Shown: piece by piece, positions 50,206 through 60,717 of the stretch
How positions within the stretch are numbered: position 1 is the first letter of the stretch
Layout of the letters: the number at the start of each line of letters is the position of its first letter
Origin: Lama guanicoe
Taxonomy: Eukaryota
Reading direction: 5' to 3'
NCBI GenBank assembly: GCA_013239625.1
Contig: MU054212.1
Span: 6,174,270-6,238,269 of the forward strand
Length of the DNA: 64,000 bases
Translations under genes and position numbers: made by a program
The notes under the pieces: generated by a model
What the model saw: only the letters and a program-made list of their open reading frames with translations
Database searches by the model: none
Told to the model about the DNA's origin: nothing

Positions 50206-51789
50206 TAGAACCGTGACATTACGGATAGAACCTTGACAGACCAGTTGCTTGGGATATGTGTGGCCAGACAGTCATATTGGGGCAATTCGAACAGGGAAGG
50301 GAGAAAGAGGCTGTGATTTGTAGTACTTGCTGCACACATCTTTCTAATGTTGTTTTTCCTAGAAAAAAGGAGAGGCACATGCAAGTGCATGCTCATACAC
50401 AGCAAAGTCTCATCACCTTCACACTTAACATGGGTCACTCAAGAAACCCCACGGAGTCTGAGGTGTTTCAAGTACAAGTTGGCTGTTTTCTCAAGTGGGC
50501 TTTGTACCTCTTACGGTGGGGTCTATAGACTATTTGAGCACTTCTGGGGGGTAATTTTCTTTTATTTGGTTTTTCACCTGATACATTTACTTTTGAACCT
50601 AATCCTCTTAATAAAGGCTACTCTACTCTGCTTATAAAAATATACACATATAAATGTCTAGATGTTTTACATAACATTTATCTCATATATTATAAAGACA
50701 TAAAACATATACTGATAAATCAGGAACCAGTGCGTCCCATCCTGCCTCAAATACAGCAGATGTTCAATGTATGTTTGCTGAGCTGAACTGAAGGGAAACC
50801 GAGATAAAGTTACCAGGAAGAGGAAGGGGCAGACTTCCACAAAAACATCTCCAGTGGTGTATGGCAAAATAAATTCTGATGCGTCTCAGAGGAGGGAGAG
50901 ATCACCTTGTGGATGTCAAGGAAGAGCAGACCGACATTGACTTGGTCTTTGGAGGTGAGTTACACCTCGATTGTAATAGGAGCGGGGAGTATTCCCGGGG
51001 CAGAGTGCCAGGAAACAGGCGCAGGAAGGTGTGTTCCGGAGGCGGTGAGGAGAGCAGAGTAGACAGAGCAGTTTATGGAGGGTGTGGCGGGTGATAAGAC
51101 AGGGACTCCAATGGGGAAGTGGGAGCCTTCCTGGGAGCCAAGCTCACGGAGTCCATTCTTTCTGCCTCAAGAGTCTAATCTAGGAGCCAGGCTCAAAGCA
51201 CTGAAGGTCTGGTGGAGGCTGAACTTTTGAAATACTGTGCAGTGTATATTGGTTTGGTTATGATGAGAGATTGAGATGGCTTTTTATTCATTTTTTTAGA
51301 TCATGCCAATACCGTAAAATACAATCTGTAGCTCTCACGCATATATAAATGTTCAAACATATTACAGCCAATTGATTTATGGCACAATTACAATGGGATG
51401 ACAAAATAAACTTGCGAGTCTTCCCATGCTATTTTAAATACACTATTTTTTAACTAAGATGTTACTGGGGAGTGGATCAGGAGTGAAGAGGAAAAGGGAC
51501 CCTGACTTTATCTAGAAGTCACATTCCAAACCCCACCTAGAGTGCTGAGGGCAGAGTCTGGGTCTTGAAAGGGGCTCTTTGCGGCCAGCAGGGCATTTGC
51601 AATGCACTGTGACTGGGAATTGAAGGGCCAGTTAACTTGAATCAAACATTCTCTCATTCTCAAAATCCTGTCTCAAAAACTTGACAGAACTTGGAAATTG
51701 ACTGAATGTGAGAAAAATAAAATTGTCTCATTCCAGATCTACAGCTAACTGCAGCACAAAACCTTTTTGGGGGAAAAATGATACCCACA

Positions 51790-52240
51790 GTTTCACTTGT
51801 GTAATGGGAAAATATATGCACTATAGTCTGGCAGATCGTCAAAAGTTTAAAATAACTCAACAATCCCACTCCTAGGTATATTTCCAAGGAAAGCAAAAAA
51901 CACATCCACATAAAAGCGTGAACAGGAATGTTCATAGCCACACAGTTCACAATAGGCCAAGCCTGGGAACAACCCAAATGCCCACCCACTGATGGATGGT
52001 TAAATAAAATGTAGCATGTTCATACAGTAAAATACTATTTGGCGATAAAAAGAAATGACTTTCTGATTCGTGTTACAACACGGATGGACCTTGAAAATAT
52101 TATGCTAATTGAAAGAAGCCAGACACAAGAGACCACGTATTGTATGATTCCATTTATATGAACATTTCAGAATAGGCAAATCCATAGAGGCAGAAAGGAG
52201 ATTAGGGTTCCCAAGGGTTGGGGAGATTTTGTAAAGCTGG
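51790..52240 (+). mobile_element. L1MB-type 3' region
   Basis: caatcccactcctaggtatat...aacaacccaaatg...gaaagaagccagacacaa...aataggcaaatccatagag. Confidence 0.85.
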
Positions 52241-53439
52241 AGGGTGACAACTCAATAAGATGACACTTCTTCCCACAACTGGGCTCATTCTCTTTTTCCT
52301 CTCCCTTCCCTCCAATGAAGATGGAACAGTAGCCTGTACATCCCATCTGCTTTGTTGGAAAACCATGATGACTTAACCTGCTGCGTCTGTGAGGCGTCAC
52401 TCATTCGTGTCCCTGGTCTGGGCACAACCCTTCAGAACTCTGATCCGAGGAGCCATCTCCATGGAAACACTGACCAGCAGCTTCCACTGTAACACCTGAA
52501 TTGTGACACTTGAAGCAAATGTTGTTCTTTCGTTTTATTCTGACCCAAACCTGCAATGAATCGCCTCTCCCCTACTCCAGGCACATTTTCCCCTTCTGGC
52601 CCCTTTCGCAACAACACAAGGGCCTGGAACCCACAGCAATAGCTGTCAAAGCCGAAGTCCTTGCTCATAGAACAGCGGAGCATTACGGACCCACATCCGA
52701 AGGTTCCCACGACGTGTGTGTGTGAGGAATCGGTGTGATGACACCGCCAGGGACCTGAGCATCCGGTGCTCGGACGCTGTCTCCTTGACTCTTCCCCACC
52801 CGAGGGCGTAGTTTGTAGTTCAGAATGATGGGGCTCCTTCTCCCCCTCTTCGTGTGACTTTGGAGACCAGTAAACCCTGTAAAACCGGGCTCTCTCTAGT
52901 CTTCTCCACTAGGACTGGCCCAGGAGCCCATCTCCGCTGGCTCTTAAACTGGCTTCCTAAATCCAGGTGTCGGCTCTAAGCAAGTACTTCGCTGCGTGAC
53001 CTTGGTACTTGGTACATGCATTCTTTTATAACCGTCATCAGATTGAATCCTTACAGTTGATTTGAGTGCCCCTGTAAACTACTTAAGAGCAGAGATCATG
53101 TCATTTGTTTCTATATTTCCAACATCTAGCACACTGTCTGGCTGCGGCTCTCTGTCAATATTTTGAAACAGATGCATGGATGTGTTAATGAAAGAATACT
53201 TTAGTTTTCTTCAGTTATTTCCTCTGTTCATGAGCTTCCTTACATACTTGTCTCCGGTATGTGCTCTAGTTTGGCTTATATTCCAGACTGTGGCTTCCTA
53301 TATATAATTTTTAATTGTTTATTTAAAAAAATTTTTTAAGGAATATTTTTGCTTTCCATTCCTTTCTGTATTTTTCTTTTATTAATGGACTATTTTTCAG
53401 AGCAGTTTCAGGTTCACAGCAGAACTGAGTAGAAAACCT

Positions 53440-54598
53440 TTCTGTATTGTTTTGTTTTATAAAAACCATGTGCCTCAACAAAACAGTCTCCCTGTAAAAT
53501 GTTCTGATGAAGCTATAAAAAGTAACTTTGTTCAGTCTAGACCCTTGAGTGCACATCTTTTTAATATTACGTGTGACAAAAACGGAGGTTCACACAGAGC
53601 ACTTCTGCTCCATTTCAAACATGACCTTTGGAGGAAAAGCACTGTGTGATTGTTTGAACTGTGAGCTGAGCGAGCTTGCTTTTTTCCTGGAACACCATAC
53701 TTACTTAAAGAACAACTGACAGACAAAACTATGGCTATGGAATTTGTTGGAAAATGAATGGGACAAGCCTAAAATGTCCAGAAAACCAGCTAACAGTATT
53801 TATTGCCAATGATAAAAAATTGAGCTTTCAAGAGAAATTTAGAATTGCGGTAAACACCTATCTTGCCATCATGAATTTGACAGTTTCCCAAATACTTATA
53901 AACGTTTCTGATGAGATTGATGGTGACATTAACAGAGAGATTCATCTAATAAGGTAAAATGAAAAGTGTTAACATTTGGAAGATCTAGATTTTCTAAAAG
54001 ATGAATGACGTTACAAATCACATATAGATAAAGGACCCATTTGAAATGCAAGACAGAGCAATGGATTTTCATACGAGAGAGTGCGAAAAGTTCACTGATG
54101 TGGTTTAAGAAACTACAGCTTGTCAAGTGGGTGCAGTATCTGAGAAGAACAGCTAGAATGATTCAAAAAAGCTATTAGAACACTCCTTCCTCTTTCAACC
54201 ACATTTCTGTTTGAGGCCAGATTTTCTTCATATACTTTAATCATAACAATATTTGCAACAAATCGAGTGCAGAAGCACATCTGAGGATCCACCTGTCTGC
54301 TATTAAGCCAGTCATTGAGGGACCTGCAAAAATATAAAACAATACCACCCTTCTCACCAATTTATTTTTGTTTTTTAATATGTACTAATCTTTCATTAGT
54401 GTATCATCTATGTTAACATGTGCTAGGTTTTAAATTGTTATGTTTCAATGAATTATGTTTAAATTTTTTTCTCAGTTTTAATTTTTAATAAGGTCAATGT
54501 TGATAGATAACTCAGAACAATAAAATTTCTTTGTGGGGGTCCCTCAGTCATTTTTCAGAATGAAAAGGGGTTCAGGGCAAAAAGTTTGGGGACAGCTG
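53440..54598 (+). mobile_element. Charlie1 (hAT) DNA transposon, 3' part
   Basis: Decayed transposase (SRPLSAHLFNITCDKNGGSHRALLLH) and terminus aaaaagtttggggacagctg. Confidence 0.8.
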
Positions 54599-54784
54599 CA
54601 GAGGAACACATACATTACGGGAAGGAGCGAGACCCAGACACACACCTGAGTGCTTTGGAGAACTTCTCTATTCACAGTTGACAACAATGAAGTGAATCCT
54701 ACACTCAATCTTTTCTTTCTCAACAATTTCTGTGATTAATGTGGCCCAGGCTGAATGTTACTGACAGTGAAAAGCTGGAACCCA

Positions 54785-55192
54785 AAGTTTTGATGGACCT
54801 AGAGATTATCATACTAAGGGAAGTCAGCTAGAGAAAGACAAATATCATATGCTATCACATATGTGTAATCTAAAATATGATACGAATGAACTTATTTACA
54901 GAACAGAAAGAGACTCACAGACACAGAAAACAAATTTATGGTTACCAAAGAGGAAAGGGGGTGGAGGGATAAATTAGGAGTTTGAGATTAGCAGATACAA
55001 ACTACCATATATCAAATAGATAAACAACGAGGTCCCACCATATAGCACAGGGAACTGTATTTAATATATTGTCATAAACCATAATGGAAAAGAATGTGAA
55101 AAAGAATATATATACGTAAAACTGAATCACCCTGCTGTACATCAGAAACTAACATTGTCAACTCAACTATACTTCAATTAAAAAAACCCCAA
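54785..55192 (+). mobile_element. Artiodactyl-type L1 3' end with degenerate 15-bp TSD
   Basis: gatggacctagagattatcatactaag...actatacttcaattaaaaaa. TSD AAAAGCTGGAACCCA / AAAACCTGGAGCCCA. Confidence 0.88.
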
Positions 55193-55709
55193 AAAACCTG
55201 GAGCCCAGAAAACAGAAGGAAAGGAAAAGAATAACTTCTCAAATCTTTGCTTCTGTCCAGCAAATTTTCCCCTCCCAGAAGCAGCAAATGCTTAAACAGG
55301 GCCATTGGCGCCCAGACACTTCAGCGACGCCACAGCAAAGTCAAGTTCATCCCCGGAGGCGCCAGTCCAGTCTTGCCTGATGCGCGGGACCCTGTTTACC
55401 TTTTGCTTTCTTCCCGTTGTTGCAGCAGGTAGTGTCGCTGACACAGTTTTGTAAAGTATTTGTCACTGGAGCACACATCTGGGTGGCTTACCTCCGCAGG
55501 AACACTGTAAAACAAAGTGAAGCAAAAAGCCAATGCCGGGAAAACAGGCTGGATGACGCACGTTGTATTGGGCACCTAGAAGGGGCCACCTGCTCGCTGT
55601 TAAAGCAGATTAATTAAGCTTCAGTGATTGCATGTAAGGGCCTATAACAGTGTCACCTTAACTGACCCAGGTAGCCACTGATGCATGCTCTCAACTTACA
55701 TGTCTTTCA

Positions 55710-55870
55710 GGAAAAGCTCTTATGTGATTGTTTGAGATGCGAAGTGAACTAGCTGCTTTTCTCATTCCGTGAAAAAAAACAACAACACCATATTTACTTA
55801 AAGAACAACTGACAAACTATGGTTATTAGGCATTTGGGAGAAATTTTCCTGAAAATGAATGGAGTGAGCA
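55710..55870 (+). mobile_element. Second Charlie1 fragment
   Basis: Similar to 53632-53770 (ttacttaaagaacaactgaca is shared). Confidence 0.7.
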
Positions 55871-57052
55871 TATGCTGAATATGTTCATATCAGTGAGTGA
55901 CTTTTTAAACCATGTTAGTATTGGGTGCACATGAGCCCACCCTCTGGAAAGTCTCCTTTGTCACTCTGCACGTAAGTCTGATTTGGCCCAAAGAAACCGT
56001 GAAGCACTGATGTGTACACGGGAAACCCAGAACAATAGATCACAACAAAGCCTTGCGTTACTTTCCAGTGGGAAATGTTAGTTCTTACTGGACAAAAATA
56101 TGCAGGACACAAGCATGTGGTTTTATTGGCCTCTGTGCCAAAAAAAAAAAAAAAAGCTATGTGCCTAGTGGAGAGATGGGGTATGCTTATAGCAACTGGA
56201 GCCGTTTCGAGATACTGGTTTTCAATAGTTCATTTCCATTTCTTCCAACGAACGTTTACCAAGCACCTATTAAGTGCCAAGAACTGGAGTTACCAATTCC
56301 CATGAGAACTAGAGTTACAAATTCCCATGGTTTCTGTTAGTTACTTGGGAGGGGAAGATGTGGAAAAAATAACTATAAGCTGGGGTGATGAGTACCATAA
56401 GAAGTGTAACCAAAGCACAGAAGAGTGATTAATCCCTTCTTCCAGGTGTTTGCAGGCTGAACTACAGGGGTCGTAAACTGGACTTGAGTCTGAGGGCATT
56501 AAAACTCTTGAACAGGCCCATGAAGTAGACGTAGAGATATCAACTTAGGTGCCGTCTCAAATGTGACCATTTCCATCACAGAGTCAGCAGATGCCCACTC
56601 TGGACCTGTCCTAGCTTGGAGTGAATTCTTCATTCATCACCAGTGGAGCTAGAGTAGGGCTGCAAAACTTTGGGAGTTACCAGGAGATCCTTTTGTCGTG
56701 GTGGGAGGAAGATGTTTATCTCATCATGCTGCAGCAGTTTCCCCCCTACTGTTTCTTTGTGAGCTGCCTCTTTGCAGAAGAGCTTTGCAGATCATCCTAT
56801 GTGGGACTAGAGTTGCTCCTCACTGATTCAGCCAATTGGCTTCTTGAAATGTGAAGGGTTACTCTGGGTCCTTTGATATTTTCCCGGTACCCGAGAACTA
56901 TAATAGATTGCATCTTTGTCTTCAGCCAGGGGTGTGGCTGACAGTCAAGCCAGTTGCATGAAGTGGCAACAGCAGCCACCTCTATTGTGATCATCCCATA
57001 AACAGGTGACCGTGAAGAGTCTTGCAGATAAAAGAAGAGCAAAAAAGTTAAT

Positions 57053-57466
57053 TGTGATGGTTCATTTTACGTGTCAACTTGGCTAAGCCACAGTATCTAG
57101 ACATCTAGACACAAGTCTAAATGTCCCTGTGAAGATACTTTTTAGATAATATTAACATTTAAATCAGTAGACTTTGAGTAAAGCAGACTACCCTCCTGAA
57201 TGTGGGTGGGCCGCATCTAATCAGCTGAAGGGTTTATGAGCCAAAAGACTGAGCTCCCCAAAATGAAAGGAAATTCTGCCAGCAGACTGCCTTTGGACTC
57301 AAGCTGCAGCCTCAGCTTTTCTCTGGGTCTCCAACCTGCTGCTGGCCCAGGTTTGGACTGGCCAGCCTCTACAATGACATGAGCCAATTCCTGAAAAGAA
57401 ATTTCTTTCTCTATCTATATACACATCCTATTGGTTCTGCTTCTCTGGAGAACTCTGAATGATACA
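57053..57466 (+). mobile_element. MLT2 (ERVL) solo LTR
   Basis: TGTGATGGTT.ATTTTA.GTGTCAACTTGGCTA ... CCTATTGGTTCTG.TTCTCTGGAGAAC.CTGA.T.ATACA. Confidence 0.88.
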
Positions 57467-57811
57467 GTAACATACCACAATTTTGAAAAATGGGGTAATA
57501 GATGGTAATTTGGGGAAGAGGCTTATACGATCTGTGTGAAGAACGTGATTTAATCTGCTCAATGCCAGGGAAGCAGATGTCTCAGGGGCTCTTTTTGCCC
57601 TTCACTTGGCTGGACCCCTATTGAATTTGTGTTCCCCTAGCTGCTCAGGGATCCCTTTAGTTATCACACACCCCCCATTTTTTCCTTTTTCATAGATCCA
57701 TTTAATTTAATTTTAATTTAAATATATGTGCCTCCCCAATATGTTATAGAAGAGCTTATAAGATTTCATAAAGAGCTAGTACTGGGAAACTAATGAAATA
57801 ACTTACAAAAC

Positions 57812-58508
57812 TTTTTTTTTCCTTCCAGTTTTATTCAGACATAATTGGTACGCGGCTCTGTGTAAGTTTAAGGTGATTTGACTACAACCATGATGATGTG
57901 ACTTACATATATCATGAAATGATTATCACAGTATCCATCCTCTCATATAGATACAAAACTAAAGAAGTAGCAAAAATTTTTTTTCTTGTGATGAGAACTC
58001 TTAGAATATGCTCTCTTAACAACTTCCATATATAACATACAGCGTGTTATTTATCTTTATCATGTTGTACACTTCATCCTGAGTATTTATTTATCTTATA
58101 ACTGGAGGTCTGTACCTTTTGACAGCCTTCATCCAATTCCCCCTCCCCACCACCCTCTGCTTCTGGTAACCACAAATCCGATCTCTTTTTCTATGAGCTT
58201 GTTTGTTTGTTTTAAAATATAATTGACGTACAATACTGAGTTAGTTCCCGTTACACAACATAGTGATTCAATGCTTCTATATATTTCAGTGTGATCATCA
58301 CTATCAGTCTAACCATGTGTCATCATACAAAGATATCACATGGTGACTGACTGTGTTCCCTGAGCTCTGTACATCGTACCTATGACTCATTTATTTTGCA
58401 ACTGCAAGTTTGCAGCTCTTAATCTCTCTCCCCTATTTCTTTCTTCCCCTACCCACTCCCCTCTAGGAACCACCTGTTTGTTCTCTGTACCTATAACTCT
58501 GTTTCTGA
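57812..58508 (-). mobile_element. L1MA9-like 3' end
   Basis: tttttcttgtgatgagaactctta...ctctcttaacaactt...cttctggtaaccacaaatc. Confidence 0.8.
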
Positions 58509-60654
58509 AACCTTTTTTTTGGAAGAAGAATGAGGTGAAGGAAACAGGCACTACAAGGAGGAAGATACAAAGTCTTTCGGATCTTTATTGCAATCTCTGT
58601 ACTGTGTCCTGTTAGAAAGTTTTTTGCACTCATGATCTGCTACGCTGAGCTCTACAATGTGCTTATTCCATGGGGATCTTGAGAGTCACATTCCTAAGTG
58701 AACTGTGCTTTCCTGATGGTTTAAGGGCTTTCAGAGCAATCCTAAAGGCTGAGAATCTCAAGCACTGGGTTGCCTGTTCATGAATTCTTGGGAGAAAGGA
58801 CGACCAGAGGAGGACCAGCAACTAGAGGCAGAGACGTTTTCCTGGGATCCAGCTCCAGGTTCCACGATGAGGCTTGAAAAAGTTTCCCAGGGCTGGGATA
58901 CAGTGACGGGGACTGGGGGTATGTTAGACCAGCCCAGTGTATCTTCTGCCTTAAAGAGCTTCGTTGACAACCAAGAAAGAGGGACGTGTCAAGCTCTCTA
59001 TTAACTGTAGTCGGAACACATTATGGTTGGATTTGAGCCGTGTCTCAGTGCCTCCCTGTGGGATTCCGAGTGAGGCTCTGTCCGTATGCTGTAATTAGGG
59101 TTCCAAATAGGCTCCGCCTGTCCTAGGAACTGGTACTTCCTCTCTCCCTGCTTCCAATTCCCTGACTTCGAATGTGAGCTGTTTGTCCTGGCACATCGAA
59201 TGCAGTCCGGAGTCTCAGTTCCACATCTCAGCTCACAAAAGCCACTGTACAGCATAAATACCTTTGTGACCGTAATTATTATTTTGGGTCCCTATCCAAA
59301 GAAGTCGGAGAAACTTAACTGCAGCCAATTCAGGATTTCCATCTTTTACCCTTAGGCTCGTGCCCTAGCTTAGTAGCCCGAGGCCCTAGCTCATCCCAAT
59401 GTCATCTGTCCTCACGAGCACCCTCGGAAACGTCCATCCCTCTGTCTGGCCCGTGGTTGTCAGTCTGTGCAGCTGCTGTGGAGACGATCACTATCCACAT
59501 GGCCCCTCAGGCCTGGTGGCTTTCTCTGATACTTCTGGGCCACTCCCGGCCTCATAGGAGCTTTTCTCCTCCTCCGAAGACATGCTTTCCTTTGTAGAGT
59601 GTGGTTGTTTCCCTGGATCTCTTGCCAGGAAATAGGTGTGTTTGCTTTTGGATCCTGTAAACTATCTGTGGGGTCCCAGGGAGCAGGTGAGAAATCCATC
59701 ACCCCTGCCATTTTTAACTTTCCCTTTTAACTCTCATTCTGTCCTCAGAGGGCAGGATTGACTTGCTCATCTTCACGAAGCATCCTCCCAAGTCCTCAGT
59801 CTGTGCGACGTGTCTTTTCAATCTTCCCATTAGCACGGAATGGGACCAAGACCCGTCCAGGGTGGGGAAGGAAATACTGGGGGCAAAAATGAGTCTTTCA
59901 AAAACAGAATCCTGGATCAATCACACTTAAGTTGAGGGTGAAACCATAGGAAGTGAGAGAATAGGCTGTTTCTAAAGAGAAATTATCCTAAGGAAAGAAA
60001 GATAAAGTGAGGAAAAATTGAGAGATGGATTGGGAACAGATAGATGAATGTTTCGGAAACATCAGTGACCATGCCTCGCCTTTAACTCCCACTCGACTTT
60101 GCTTGGCGGGAGTTTTCAGGAGTGACATATGTTGCAGGTTTGCTACTTTGTATGTGACTATCAAGTAGGCCAGATTTCTAGGACATTATTGGATTTTGTA
60201 ACTGAATACATTTTTACTAAACAAATGAACAATAAACAGCCAGGGACATAAGTGGATATATTAGAGCAGCTCAGGGCTAGATGGGCAGAAGGAGCTTCCC
60301 AAATATTTACGTTATTTATTATTTATTATTACGTGACACTTAATAATGTTGGGGACCAGTATTATACATTAGAGAACTTATTTCATGAACAAGTCTCAAC
60401 CAGGCACTTGGCAATTGAATGTTGACACAGGAAAGAAAAAAAAAAGATCCACACAAAAACCAGCCAATGAACTCTGCAGAATGTGTTGGGGATCCTGGAC
60501 TTTAACTTTTTGATTGGAGGTTTTACTGCTGCAGGGAGCTGATGTGCCAGGTGAATGGCTGAGATCAAAGGCTATACGTTATGATGTTTGCCTGTTAAAA
60601 AGTAAATGCATCTCTGAATTTCCTAGTTTGCAACTTTCAGCTGGAAGGGACAGC

Positions 60655-60717
60655 ATGGATTCTTGGGGTCTGTCTTCATTTCTGTTCTTTGGTGTTCTCC
60701 TCCTGGTTTCTGGCTTG
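60655..60717 (+). CDS. MEP1B: MEP1B exon 1 coding part (signal peptide)
   Basis: cagcATGG ... TTG|gtaagg. Confidence 0.94.

Noticed and set aside
53452..54126. Possible domesticated hAT transposase
   Set aside because: Fragmented by stops and frameshifts. It is an ordinary Charlie1 fossil.
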